This document shows positions 9,797 through 19,705 of a stretch of DNA of 38,818 bases, one piece after another. Position 1 is the stretch's first letter. Each line of letters opens with the position of its first letter. The notes under the pieces were generated by a model. That model did not search any database. It worked only from the letters and a program-made list of their open reading frames with translations, and was not told the origin of the DNA. This DNA is from a virus. Lineage: Duplodnaviria; Caudoviricetes. The DNA lies in IMG/VR virus record IMGVR_UViG_3300036798_000782, positions 1-38,818 of that record, one strand, 5' to 3'. A program made the translations under genes and the position numbers.

Positions 9797-11223
9797 TATT
9801 CAATCCTCAATGAGCAGTCCGATAGAGTTACCGGCGAGCGGGTAATCACGCGCACCTTGAAGCCAATATTTTTTCTGACGCGCCCAACACGACGCCAGAT
9901 AGCTCGCTTGTCGTAGATGAATGGCGCATTGTAATCAACCATTTGCTCTCGACCGTAGCTAGAGCCATCAACCGTTGCAGAGATGAATAGGCGTTCAGCC
10001 CACTGAGATACGCCAGTTGCTGACTCGAGCTCAAAGTCGAACACTCTGGCGTTATCGGCCTTAAACATCGGTGTGAACAGCAGATGCTCTGATTGCTTGT
10101 CGTATTGAGCGGATGAGTCGAATTTAAGCGCGCCGGTGACGGCCTCTAACTTGTCCCCCACCGTTACTTGATTACCTTCGAACACATAATCAATGGCGCG
10201 ATGAACGTCATCGAATAGGCCAGTTTTCAGAATGCACCACTGCGGGCCGCTTTGGCTGGCAGTGGCGTCATAGCACAGAACATGGCGAGGAAGGTGGGCG
10301 ATCAGCAGTTCGTGGCTATCAAACCGAATTGACTCCAGCACGCCAGTAGCTAGCTCATCTGCGGTGTAGCTACGCAGCACTTTCTCCACTGTTGCGGTGG
10401 CGATCTGCGAAGCCTGACCGTTGTTGATCAAATAGATGGATGGCGCGCCGGTAGACTGATGGCTGATGAACGCGAACGAGTCCATGAACTCGGCCTTGCA
10501 GTAAGTACCAGCAATTCCCTTCTGCACCATTAGTGATGGCTGGGCGACATAAATCGCGGCGGATGCGTCTGCCGCTCCAGTGAGAGAGAAATACTCAATA
10601 GTGCTGCTACCGAACATCACCACGAAATCGCGCCACACTCCACACCCTATAATGCCATCTGGCTGGCTCTCTGCCGTATAGAACGGCCGGAATCGGTCAG
10701 GGCGTGATTCGTCCTCAAGGTCTGTTACGCCGAAGGTTTGAGTGCCATCCTTAACCCATACATAGCGGCCGCGCGCCCGGCAGATATCTCTGACACTACC
10801 GATATCGTATTGAGCAAAGTCAGTTCCGCCTACGTTTGGCGGCCAGTTTTGCAGTGTCTTGTTCGTGCCGTCGTAACGATAAAGCGTCATAACTCCATTC
10901 GCCGCTACCGCCTGACTTGTAGCGCTATGCGCCATGCTTACGCGCTGACCTCCAGAAACATTCCCGCGCTCTGAGCTTCCTTTGTAAATCTTCTCTCCTG
11001 CTACGCGATAAGGAATGTTTTCTACTGTGTTGTACTCCACGCCGCGAGATGCCCCAGAAACGTCTGAGCGCTTCGCTACGCCAGGGAAAGAACGAAGATA
11101 CCCAGATGCATTAAGAACTTCTTTCGGAGTAGCCAGCATGTTCACGGGCAGCAAATCGACGTAATCAGCATTGCGGTAGTCTTTGCCAAGGCCTTTGGCT
11201 AATGGCAGCTTTTGGATTGGCAT
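9796..11223 (-). CDS. Tail hub / DNA stabilization protein gp10
   Basis: MPIQKLPLAKGLGKDYRNADYVDLLPVNMLATPKE N-terminus; 475 aa. Confidence 0.93.
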   Translation of the reverse strand: MPIQKLPLAKGLGKDYRNADYVDLLPVNMLATPKEVLNASGYLRSFPGVAKRSDVSGASRGVEYNTVENIPYRVAGEKIYKGSSERGNVSGGQRVSMAHSATSQAVAANGVMTLYRYDGTNKTLQNWPPNVGGTDFAQYDIGSVRDICRARGRYVWVKDGTQTFGVTDLEDESRPDRFRPFYTAESQPDGIIGCGVWRDFVVMFGSSTIEYFSLTGAADASAAIYVAQPSLMVQKGIAGTYCKAEFMDSFAFISHQSTGAPSIYLINNGQASQIATATVEKVLRSYTADELATGVLESIRFDSHELLIAHLPRHVLCYDATASQSGPQWCILKTGLFDDVHRAIDYVFEGNQVTVGDKLEAVTGALKFDSSAQYDKQSEHLLFTPMFKADNARVFDFELESATGVSQWAERLFISATVDGSSYGREQMVDYNAPFIYDKRAIWRRVGRVRKNIGFKVRVITRSPVTLSDCSLRIE

Positions 11224-11230
11224 GTTTCAC

Positions 11231-11713
11231 CTACTGATTTGGGATGTCGCCATCAATCGGCGGAAGATCGCCTGGGTAATATCGGTCGATGGTAAACACA
11301 TCGTATTTGTTGCCCTGCCCAAGCGGGAAATCTCCGCGACGGCGCATCGACGGAACAACGAGCGTGTCAGTCAGCAGCGCGTCATATGAGCGCTGGGCAT
11401 TGGTCAGAACTTGAGGCGATGGCTCTACGCCATAATCAGACAACATGCGGAGGATTAGCTGATAGCCAACTGCATGCTTGTATTTGCGCGGCAGTCCAGA
11501 GTCATCGTCTGGTAACGGCTCCTCGCCATCCGCCGCGAACAAATAACCGACGCTTCCAGGATTGATCATCCATTCAGCCATCATGTCTTCGAGGTCATGA
11601 ATAGCATCCTCGACAGATTGAGGCTCTACATCAGTTAGAGTTGCGTTTGAAGCTACTGCGGGTTTTCTGAGAGCGAATAAGACGATCTCACCCTTTGTCA
11701 GAGTCGTTGCCAT
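11231..11713 (-). CDS. Head-tail adaptor gp4
   Basis: TKGEIVLFALRK..ASNATLTDVEPQS motif; start reassigned to MATTLTK. Confidence 0.9.
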   Translation of the reverse strand: MATTLTKGEIVLFALRKPAVASNATLTDVEPQSVEDAIHDLEDMMAEWMINPGSVGYLFAADGEEPLPDDDSGLPRKYKHAVGYQLILRMLSDYGVEPSPQVLTNAQRSYDALLTDTLVVPSMRRRGDFPLGQGNKYDVFTIDRYYPGDLPPIDGDIPNQ

Positions 11714-11873
11714 TGTCAGCCGCCTTGCGCCCACGTTTAACAACCGGCTTGATGTCGTCAACGGAAGCCACAAAGCCGAGCTTTTCGTAAATTGGGAAGT
11801 CTTTCTCTGCGATTACAGCCTGAACATGGCCAGCCTCGTTATCGGCAGCCATAAAGATGCTCATGCGATCCAT
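11688..11873 (-). CDS. Small conserved protein between coat and gp4 (P22 orf186-like position)
   Basis: GGAGG RBS; MDRMSIFMAADNEAGHVQAVIAEKDF; 186 nt. Confidence 0.75.
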   Translation of the reverse strand: MDRMSIFMAADNEAGHVQAVIAEKDFPIYEKLGFVASVDDIKPVVKRGRKAADNGNDSDKG

Positions 11874-11882
11874 TTCGCCTCC

Positions 11883-11908
11883 AAAAAAATAAAGGGGCCG
11901 AAGCCCCT
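11883..11908 (-). terminator. Terminator after the coat gene
   Basis: AGGGGC-TTCG-GCCCCT followed by TTATTTTTTT. Confidence 0.8.
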
Positions 11909-11913
11909 CTTGA

Positions 11914-13188
11914 TTACGGATTGCCGAAGAACTGGCCGCCCATGTGTGGGTTGAAACACACGTAGGCTGGCAGCAGGTCGAAACGCATTTTCTGCACGTT
12001 AGCGTCGCCGTCCGAGTATTTGTGTACGCGGATAGAGAAGCCTTCGTAAGTTGCGACTGCAGAGTCAATGCTGTTCAGTTTTGGCAGAGGAATGGTGCCA
12101 AGGCCGCAGAAGAACTTGTTGTAGAACAGGTTCGGCTTCATGGTCTGGCTTGCAGTGCCGATTACAGTCACCGCGTCACCCGCCGCAACCTGACGGTTAA
12201 CGGCGTTGTATTGCGGATTGGTGGTATCGTAAATCGGCACACCTGACAGAGTAACAGTCACCGCGCCGCCGGCGGTGGAGTTCGCGTCGGCCAGAACGGT
12301 TGCAGTGAAGCTGATAGGTGCAGAGCCGTTATAAAGCACTTGCTTGCTCTGCTGCTGCAGCCAGTAGGTGTTGGTGAACTTAATCTGGTCGCCAGCTTTC
12401 AGGAAGCCGGTTACAGATGCGGTTGCACCGGTCAAAGTAACCTGGAACTGATAGGTATCTTTCACCGCGTTATAGGTCACGGTTGGAGCTGTTTGCACCG
12501 TCAGTGTGCCACCGAAGGCCCCTTGAGAGCGAGATGCCAGGCCATTAGACATCAGCGCGCGGATGCCGCCAAAGTTAGTGGAGATCTGCGCATTTTCCCA
12601 GGCGGTGCGAACCAGTTGGTCGGCAGCGTGCAGACCAGATTGCGCGTCGGCCAGGCGCTGAGCTGACCACGGATCCATTACCGCATAGTTCTCACCCTCA
12701 ACGACGCCCAAATCCTTCAGGAAGGATGCGGTTTGAGCCACGTCCGACCATTTGTTGATCGGGGTGTTGGGACTACCCAGAGCCAGTGCGCCATTGTTCA
12801 TCATGAACTTGGCCAGTTCGGTCTCCAGGTCAGTTACGATGCGCTGGCGAACCGGAGCCAGAATTTCATCCAACTGGTTCAGCTTGATCGCTTCTTCCAG
12901 TTGCTGATACTCAACGGCAACGGTGATGTAGTTGCCTACGCGGCCAGTTGCCTTACCGGAGATCAGGTTGTTCTTCGATTGACCGGAGATGTCACCGGTA
13001 GGTGTGCGCAGCGATGAAAACTGATGAGGACGTTTGAAGCTTACGCTATCGCCGGTATTGGAGTTGATTTCTCCAGCCAGCAATTGACGGTCTACGGTTT
13101 TTGCCAATACCAGGTCGGACATGAAACCCGGCAGGAATTTTTTCAGGACGATTTGACTGACGTTACTGTTTAAATCATTGGTAGCCAT
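11914..13188 (-). CDS. Major capsid (coat) protein, Sf6/HK620 type
   Basis: NLNSNVSQIVLKKFLPGFMSDLVLAKTVDRQLL...GGQFFGNP; 424 aa. Confidence 0.95.
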   Translation of the reverse strand: MATNDLNSNVSQIVLKKFLPGFMSDLVLAKTVDRQLLAGEINSNTGDSVSFKRPHQFSSLRTPTGDISGQSKNNLISGKATGRVGNYITVAVEYQQLEEAIKLNQLDEILAPVRQRIVTDLETELAKFMMNNGALALGSPNTPINKWSDVAQTASFLKDLGVVEGENYAVMDPWSAQRLADAQSGLHAADQLVRTAWENAQISTNFGGIRALMSNGLASRSQGAFGGTLTVQTAPTVTYNAVKDTYQFQVTLTGATASVTGFLKAGDQIKFTNTYWLQQQSKQVLYNGSAPISFTATVLADANSTAGGAVTVTLSGVPIYDTTNPQYNAVNRQVAAGDAVTVIGTASQTMKPNLFYNKFFCGLGTIPLPKLNSIDSAVATYEGFSIRVHKYSDGDANVQKMRFDLLPAYVCFNPHMGGQFFGNP

Positions 13189-13199
13189 TTAGCTGTTCC

Positions 13200-14087
13200 T
13201 TATTCGATTTTAGCGCCGGGGCAGAGTTTGTTGAAATCATCTTGTTTCGCATCAGCGCCGCCACCACGAACCTCCGGCTCTGGCTTGATGGCTTTCTTTG
13301 GCTTCGGTGCCAACTTCACTTGCTGGCTAATCTGGCCTAAGAGGAATGCCGCGCGAATTGGGTCTGTCTCAGCGGCTACACGCTGGCGTAGTTGTTGGTT
13401 CTTGCCCAGTGCATAAGCAACGAGCTCAGAACCTTCGTCGGCGGCATGAATCAGGATTTCCTGTTGGATAACCGGAATCTCCTGGCGAACGATGTCTTCC
13501 ATCTCGCGATAGTCTTTCACCGGAAGCCTTGATGCTCGCTCCTGATGCTTCGTAAGGCGTTCTGTTAGTCGTTGCTGCAATTCTTGCTGCTGACGTTGTT
13601 GCTGTTGTTTAACCTGCTCAGCACGGCCCTTCTTCTCATGCCAATCAGTCATCGCCTGCTCAAACGCTGCTTCGTCGTACTCACACGACTCCAAGGTCGG
13701 CTTTGGAGGAATAACGTCTGATTGTGGTTGCTGCGCTTCTGCTGGCTTGGATTGAATCTGCTCAAGCTGGCGGCGTAGCTCCCGGTTTTCTTTCTGTGTT
13801 TCTTTGAAGCCCTTGCGAAGCTCTTTCACCCACTGAGGAGCTGGCTGCCCATCAATGTGATCGTCTTCTTCAGGGTTGAGGCTAATTTCTTCATCACCGA
13901 TTTGCAGTGAGTAATCCTCTGGCTGCTCTTCGGGCTGTTCACTTTCGGCCTTTTTCTCTTTCTGCTCTGGCTCTTCCTGTGATTTATCCTCAGGATTTTC
14001 CTTTGCTTCAGTGATTACTTCTTCGGCTTCTTCCTGTTTTTCAGACAGGTCAATAACCTGACCGTCGATGATCAGTTCGCTTTCCAT
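13200..14087 (-). CDS. Scaffolding protein
   Basis: MESELIIDGQVIDLSE start; acidic coiled coil; between portal and coat. Confidence 0.92.
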   Translation of the reverse strand: MESELIIDGQVIDLSEKQEEAEEVITEAKENPEDKSQEEPEQKEKKAESEQPEEQPEDYSLQIGDEEISLNPEEDDHIDGQPAPQWVKELRKGFKETQKENRELRRQLEQIQSKPAEAQQPQSDVIPPKPTLESCEYDEAAFEQAMTDWHEKKGRAEQVKQQQQRQQQELQQRLTERLTKHQERASRLPVKDYREMEDIVRQEIPVIQQEILIHAADEGSELVAYALGKNQQLRQRVAAETDPIRAAFLLGQISQQVKLAPKPKKAIKPEPEVRGGGADAKQDDFNKLCPGAKIE

Positions 14088-14100
14088 TGATTACTCCTGG

Positions 14101-16227
14101 TTAACTCGGCATTGAGTCTGCCGGTGACTGTGGTGATGTGGGGATTTGTTCTTGCTGGGATTTAAGAAGGTCGTTCAGGAGCTGAATAGCATCCATCACC
14201 CCTTTCTTGTTTATGTTCTGCGCCTGGGAAAGCCTGTATACAACGTTAGCCTGACTTTCTTTGGCGTTTTGCTGTGCGGTGAATGCCTTAATAACCGTTT
14301 CTCTGGCTGCGTTATCCGCCTTCTTGTTCTCAGCGACTGCAGCACCCATCTGAGCCTGTGCCATAACCATTTCAGGGTTAGGTTGGCTCTGAGCTGCCAT
14401 CTGCGCCTGCTGGACGATCTGCTGCTCTTCCTGATTTCGCGGTTTAGCGATACCAGAGGTCAGAAGCTGCTTGCGGTTGAACTCTTTGAAGTCTTCCAGC
14501 CCTTCTCCGTCCAGGTTATCCATGATGATTCCTTGGATAGCTGGTCGAAGCGGATCGGTTGGCAACATGGAGTTGAGAACGTTTGTCAGCACGGAAACCG
14601 TGGCATCACGTCTTGCCGTATAACTTGGTCCGACATCAACGGTAACGTCATAGCGCCCCGTAGATAGGTCATTCAGCGCAACCACTCGGCCAGTCTGGCG
14701 ATCAACAACCTGCGCGTTCATTAGCGCAATGTCATCGGTGCCGTCTTCGTTAACCACGCGAACTTCACGCTCTGAGCCGTAAACCTCTCGCGCCATAGAC
14801 AGCCAGACTTCACCGGCACGCTTTAGGCTCTTTGCCATGTTGTCCAGGTAGATAAACGATGCCATGTCGGCACGGTTCATCAGGTTATTAACAGTTTCCT
14901 GGGCTACGTTGCTCGGCATTTGCTGCATTGCCTGGCTTCCGCCGGTCACTTCCTGAATGTCAGCGCTGGTCTGCTGCAGCAGCGCTGCCAATGCCTGGTT
15001 CATCACTGCTGGTTGCGTATAACCTGCTGGCGTAGCACCGGCGACAATGTTTCCTGCCTTATCCTTTACCTCGCGCAGAGGAAGGAACGCAGGGCGCTTC
15101 TTGTTGCGCGCTTCCCAGTGTTTTTCGAGCCCTCTGATTTGCTCCATGCCGACGATAGGAATCTGCCCTGGGTCTTGCGCTGCCGTATCAGCCAGCATCG
15201 AAACCTGCAGGTTATAGAGTCGCTGCGGGTCCATCGCCTTGGCTATGTGGCCTTCAACGCGCTCAATGTCGTCGATAAACCAACGCTTGCCATATACCGG
15301 AATAAGCGGGATATGCTCACCAGGAATGCGGCGCGGCTTCTCAAGGAAGTTCTGCCCGTCAACCACTGACACATAGACGCGACGACGCTTCACCGAACGG
15401 CGTGCTACCTCTACGAACCCAGCCTCGGAAAGCTCATCCTCGATATCTTCGATTTGGTCGCTATCGTAGGTAGCAATTTCACCAGTCAGTGGCTGCTTGT
15501 AGCTGATTACATCTACCGATTCCTTGCGCACTTCGTAATACTTGGCGATATAAACGACTTCTGGCTCGAACCAGTCAAACTCCCAAGAGGAGATCGTCGT
15601 TACATCGAGTGACGCAGGCGGAGTCTTGCCGTATTCAGCTTCGTACTTCTCTGGTGATAGCGAGTACATGCAGAACGCCCACAGCGCATCTGACTTGTCG
15701 TACTTCTTCGCGTCAGGGTCAAACCACACCGAGCGCGATGGGTCGTATACCGGCTCAATGGCAATGCGCTGGCGCTCGTCCATTGGGTCATATTCATTGA
15801 CCAGCATCGATGTCAGGCGGAAACAGCCAAAACCACCGGTAGCTGCATCATCAAATGCGTTATCGCAAGCCTCGCCGCCATCTGTTTCTTCGTAGTCCGC
15901 GCGAAACAGTCCATTCAGCTTGTTGGCCAGCTCTTCGCTTGCCTCGCGATCGCCAGGGCGAAACTTCACAGTGATGCGGTTGTTCCGATACTCGGCAATG
16001 ATGCGGTTAAGCTCAGTGGCCACCTTGTTGATTTCGAACTTCGGGTATTTCTCAAACTGGTCGTCAAGCTTGGTTCCCGCTGCTGTTGCTCCTTCCCATT
16101 GACCGCCAGGGACACGAGCGAATCGCGTAGCTTCGATGCACTTCTCGCGCACGTCTTGCTGCGGCGTATAGGCGCGGTCAAACCTGAGCATGACGCGCTC
16201 ATGTTTTTTCTCTAATGTCTCTGCCAT
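14101..16227 (-). CDS. Portal protein (Sf6 type, 708 aa)
   Basis: MAETLEKKHERVMLRFDRAY...YPKFEINKV; start reassigned. Confidence 0.95.
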   Translation of the reverse strand: MAETLEKKHERVMLRFDRAYTPQQDVREKCIEATRFARVPGGQWEGATAAGTKLDDQFEKYPKFEINKVATELNRIIAEYRNNRITVKFRPGDREASEELANKLNGLFRADYEETDGGEACDNAFDDAATGGFGCFRLTSMLVNEYDPMDERQRIAIEPVYDPSRSVWFDPDAKKYDKSDALWAFCMYSLSPEKYEAEYGKTPPASLDVTTISSWEFDWFEPEVVYIAKYYEVRKESVDVISYKQPLTGEIATYDSDQIEDIEDELSEAGFVEVARRSVKRRRVYVSVVDGQNFLEKPRRIPGEHIPLIPVYGKRWFIDDIERVEGHIAKAMDPQRLYNLQVSMLADTAAQDPGQIPIVGMEQIRGLEKHWEARNKKRPAFLPLREVKDKAGNIVAGATPAGYTQPAVMNQALAALLQQTSADIQEVTGGSQAMQQMPSNVAQETVNNLMNRADMASFIYLDNMAKSLKRAGEVWLSMAREVYGSEREVRVVNEDGTDDIALMNAQVVDRQTGRVVALNDLSTGRYDVTVDVGPSYTARRDATVSVLTNVLNSMLPTDPLRPAIQGIIMDNLDGEGLEDFKEFNRKQLLTSGIAKPRNQEEQQIVQQAQMAAQSQPNPEMVMAQAQMGAAVAENKKADNAARETVIKAFTAQQNAKESQANVVYRLSQAQNINKKGVMDAIQLLNDLLKSQQEQIPTSPQSPADSMPS

Positions 16228-16229
16228 GT

Positions 16230-17645
16230 TTACCAACCGGAGGATGAGGGAACGTAGATTTCCGTTTCTTCTGGCGCCATCGCCGGACAATGCATGCACA
16301 TCATCAGGGCGTCAGCCAGGTTAGGTGATGGGATGCCGAGCTTTTGCTTCATGTCTACCTTCGTCATAAGCTCAAGCTTTCCGTTGCCATTGAATTTGCG
16401 CTGTATCTGCGTGAGTTCAGCGAATGCCTTCTCAAGCATCTTTTCACCGATAGCTTCCTTGTCGAAGCTCAGCATGCTGTCAGGGTCTGCGTAATCACCG
16501 TGTACAACGGCTCGGTACGTCAGATAGAGCCTGTCAGCCAGGGTGTAGTAGAACTGAGCACGCTTGTTGCGGAACACGTCACCGATTGTGCGGATATTAT
16601 CGCCCTGAACCACTTCATCAGCCCATGCCCCGGATTGGTACGGAGCATCCTCATCGAACGGTGATTCGCTCCCCTTGAACATGGTTGCGGTGATCTTCTT
16701 CCCGGCGAATGAGTCAGTAACCTGACGACGTAGGCCAGCGCCTAGGCCGTCACCATCCCAGAGGAAGTGATCTGCGCCGTCGTTAATCGCTAGACCGGTT
16801 GCCCAATCCGCACCTTCGTTAACATCGACCTGTTCAGGAGGCTCAGCTATACGCTTCACCACGGATCCATGACGCATGGCATAGCCTTTGGCGTCCGGAC
16901 CGGTATCTGACGGGTCGTGAGATGCAACTACTGCCCCTCGCGCTTTCCACCCAAGCTTCTTGTGCGCGTCGGTGGCCGCTTCCAGCCACTCACGCTTGAT
17001 GATTGCCATATCGCTTGCGCTTACCGGCTCACCGAGCCAGATATGACGATATAGAGTAGGGTTGCGCCGTTTGCACTCTTCCATCTCCAGACGGAGAACT
17101 TCGGGGAAGTGCGGATTGTCGGTGTAGTTAACCGTCAGCAGACAAATGTCATCGGGATGGTCGACAACGAAGCGCTGATAGGTATCGTCGAGAATATTTT
17201 TCGGGTTGAAGCTGACCCATATTTCAGAGTTTGGCTTTCGGATAGTTGGAATCAGAATATCCCATGATTCTTTCGTTACTGCCTCGGCCTCTTCTACCCA
17301 ACAGATGTCGATTCCTTCGAGGGATTTAATCTTTGTCGGGTTGTTCTTGATGCCGTAGAACATGAATTCAGCATTGGTGGCAAGATGGCGAATCATCGAG
17401 CGCTGAATCTCAAACTCAGCTGCATATCCTTCCCGCTCGATTGTGTCTTCAAGCAACCGGATCACAGAGTCACTGATGCTGTTCTGCAACTCGCGAGCGC
17501 ACAGGATCCGCACTGGCTGACGCCTTGCTGACTCGACAAGCAAACGAGCCATCGCCCACGACTTTCCGCTACCTCGACCGCCCTTAGCGACCTTATAGCG
17601 ATGCGCATTAATGAACGGTTGGAAGATAGGGTTAATCGTTGTCAT
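16230..17645 (-). CDS. terL: Terminase large subunit (Sf6/PBSX type)
   Basis: Walker A KGGRGSGKS, Walker B WVEEAE, nuclease SPNLADA. Confidence 0.96.
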   Translation of the reverse strand: MTTINPIFQPFINAHRYKVAKGGRGSGKSWAMARLLVESARRQPVRILCARELQNSISDSVIRLLEDTIEREGYAAEFEIQRSMIRHLATNAEFMFYGIKNNPTKIKSLEGIDICWVEEAEAVTKESWDILIPTIRKPNSEIWVSFNPKNILDDTYQRFVVDHPDDICLLTVNYTDNPHFPEVLRLEMEECKRRNPTLYRHIWLGEPVSASDMAIIKREWLEAATDAHKKLGWKARGAVVASHDPSDTGPDAKGYAMRHGSVVKRIAEPPEQVDVNEGADWATGLAINDGADHFLWDGDGLGAGLRRQVTDSFAGKKITATMFKGSESPFDEDAPYQSGAWADEVVQGDNIRTIGDVFRNKRAQFYYTLADRLYLTYRAVVHGDYADPDSMLSFDKEAIGEKMLEKAFAELTQIQRKFNGNGKLELMTKVDMKQKLGIPSPNLADALMMCMHCPAMAPEETEIYVPSSSGW

Positions 17646-18052
17646 TTGCCGAATAGAGTGCTCATTGGTGATGTTTCAATCTGGATAGCGCCACCGCCCG
17701 GGCCGGTATGCTCGATGATTTGCTTATCAAGCCCAGTTAATTTTGCTTTGCCGAGGGTTGCGGCTACTGCGGCTGAAGACTGCGGCGTTTCAGCGGTTAA
17801 GGCTGCCTGCCGAGCCTCTTCGAGCTCTGCCAAGAGCGAGTCAACTGTCACGCTGTGCCGCTCTTTAATCTCGCCCCTCAGTTCTGCCACCCTTAGGGCG
17901 ATCTTAGGGTTATCGAGTAATTTGCTGGCTTGTACGTGTATAGCATCTGGCTTCATGTTTTCGGCGGCATACGATGACCGGTACGCCTCCGATGCGTTAC
18001 CAGTTTCGATGTATGCCTGACAAAAAGCCTCTTGCTTAATTGTCAGTGTCAT
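17642..18052 (-). CDS. terS: Terminase small subunit
   Basis: LTIKQEAFCQAYIETGNASEAYR HTH N-terminus; directly upstream of terL. Confidence 0.93.
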   Translation of the reverse strand: MTLTIKQEAFCQAYIETGNASEAYRSSYAAENMKPDAIHVQASKLLDNPKIALRVAELRGEIKERHSVTVDSLLAELEEARQAALTAETPQSSAAVAATLGKAKLTGLDKQIIEHTGPGGGAIQIETSPMSTLFGK

Positions 18053-18054
18053 TC

Positions 18055-18387
18055 TTACGCCTTGGTGAATGCCTGAGCGTACTCAACCATACGGCCAGGG
18101 GTTAACTGGATAACGCTCATATCACCCAATGGCAGGAAGCCAGCGGCGATCTTCGCGTTGCACTTAATGGTGAAGTCGGCACGGTCAGAGCTAACTACGA
18201 TGTCGTAGTCAGTTGCCGTGGTGCCACCGGCGGCGACAACCTGGAAATACTCGGTCTTGGTAGGAGTGGAATGAACGCCAACCAGACCGCCCTGCGGGAA
18301 GCGCGATGCAGCGATATGCGACTTCACTACTGGAATCAGGTTTGCTACCGAACCGGCGGTTGCTGTCTGCATGGATGTGATTGCCAT
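18055..18387 (-). CDS. Hypothetical protein at the decoration-gene position, possibly tandem DUF1737-like
   Basis: Two similar halves (IAASRFPQGG..YFQ and IAAGFLPLGD..YAQA); codon usage resembles the structural genes. Confidence 0.6.
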   Translation of the reverse strand: MAITSMQTATAGSVANLIPVVKSHIAASRFPQGGLVGVHSTPTKTEYFQVVAAGGTTATDYDIVVSSDRADFTIKCNAKIAAGFLPLGDMSVIQLTPGRMVEYAQAFTKA

Positions 18388-18448
18388 TACTTAGCCCCTT
18401 TCTTTGGTTTCTTCAATTTAATCAGGCCACTCAAATTTGAGGCGCACC

Positions 18449-18679
18449 TTAACCGAACAGTCCGAGCGCTTCTTCTGCCATCTTGATGGCCTTATCTACA
18501 CGACCTACGACGCCTGGCTCTGTTTGCACGCGTGTATAGGCATCTTTGAACAGCTCGTACTTGAGCTTGTTGCCGCCGATGAAGGTGATTGCCTTCTCAC
18601 CTGCAGCGGTATCGCTCTGAACCAGTTTGAACACTTCGAGGTTCATTGCCTGCTCTTCGGTCATTTCTGTAATTGCCAT
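18449..18679 (-). CDS. DUF2560-like small phage protein
   Basis: MAITEMTEEQAMNLEVFKLV..D.AA.EKAI.FI...KLKYELFK; GGAG RBS. Confidence 0.75.
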   Translation of the reverse strand: MAITEMTEEQAMNLEVFKLVQSDTAAGEKAITFIGGNKLKYELFKDAYTRVQTEPGVVGRVDKAIKMAEEALGLFG

Positions 18680-18745
18680 GATTGGCTCCAGTTGTTTGGT
18701 AAAAGCCATTATCGAAGCCACTCAGTGAATGGCTTCTGTAATCGC

Positions 18746-19117
18746 TCAATCGAGCTCAGAAAGACGCTGCTTGAGCAGGTAGCCTTCGAGTAGCCAGATT
18801 TTGTTTACTGCATTCTGACGCGCAATCTTACGGCCAATTTCGGCGTCGAAGTTCTCTGGGCTGGCGCATGCGCTTTCTCCAGTGACCGTGAAGCCATTTT
18901 CCAACACCAGTACACAGAACGTCAGAAGCTTGAGCTGATCAAAGTCGTCTCGCTCAATATGCTCATCACACTTGGTGTTAATGCTTGCCCCGAGACGTCC
19001 ATCAGCAGCAGTAAAATAGCTCTCACTTGTGATGATGTTTTCTATGCGGCTAGGCGTCACTCGCGGCGCGGTTTTCCCTTTGGCTTTGATTTCTTTTTCA
19101 ATTTCTTGGTCGTTCAT
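18746..19117 (-). CDS. Gp49-family phage protein
   Basis: KTAPRVTP...LTFCVLVLENGFTVTGESACASPENFDAEIGRKIA motif. Confidence 0.85.
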   Translation of the reverse strand: MNDQEIEKEIKAKGKTAPRVTPSRIENIITSESYFTAADGRLGASINTKCDEHIERDDFDQLKLLTFCVLVLENGFTVTGESACASPENFDAEIGRKIARQNAVNKIWLLEGYLLKQRLSELD

Positions 19118-19258
19118 AATATTGACCTTTTGGTTGGTTGAAGTTATCGCAGCATCAGCCACACCTCGCGGAGTTGCCTCGCCACTTCCGTCTTTCCGGC
19201 TGCCAAGACGTGATCACCTCCTGCTAGGTAACACAGTCTTATTCCTTGTCGGGGGAAT

Positions 19259-19705
19259 TCATTTCGCTAAGCAAACTTGATTGATGTAATCCTGCAATCC
19301 GGAGATCTGCTTATTGGCTATTTCGATTCGCTCTCTGAGGGTGAAATAATCCCGTTGAGCGGATTCAGTAAGTCGGGGGCTGGTTGCATCATCCATGCCG
19401 GAGGGCTTGGCGGATTGGCATGAGGCTGAGACGCGCAGCTTGCGAGCGCCAGTGGCAACATCACGCTGCAAATCAGCAATCTTGCTTTTCGCATCTTCAA
19501 GCTCCTGCGTTCTCTGCAGATCGATATCAGATACTGCTTTCTGTGTTTTGTTCTGCCACTCGAGCTGGCCAGATAGCTGCTGCCTTTCTTTCTGCAGTGC
19601 TTCTTTGTCATGGCGCAGTGCCTGGTTGCTAATAGCGAAGTAAGCCAGGAGTCCAAGCACTAATGCGATAATGGCAGCTTGCCAGTGCTTAAGCGGCCAA
19701 GTCAT
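19259..19705 (-). CDS. Rz: Rz inner-membrane spanin
   Basis: N-terminal TM, coiled coil, RDYFTLRERI..LQDYINQVCL C-terminus. Confidence 0.92.
   Translation of the reverse strand: MTWPLKHWQAAIIALVLGLLAYFAISNQALRHDKEALQKERQQLSGQLEWQNKTQKAVSDIDLQRTQELEDAKSKIADLQRDVATGARKLRVSASCQSAKPSGMDDATSPRLTESAQRDYFTLRERIEIANKQISGLQDYINQVCLAK
19318..19494 (-). CDS. Rz1: Rz1 outer-membrane lipoprotein spanin nested in Rz
   Basis: Lipobox LASC; Pro-rich PPSPPAWMMQPAPDLL. Confidence 0.9.
   Translation of the reverse strand: MRKARLLICSVMLPLALASCASQPHANPPSPPAWMMQPAPDLLNPLNGIISPSESESK

Noticed and set aside
660-17600. Many plus-strand ORFs antisense to structural genes (e.g. 1508-2002, 14146-14667, 14920-15369)
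   Set aside because: Shadow ORFs of well-supported minus-strand genes, without RBS or recognisable motifs.
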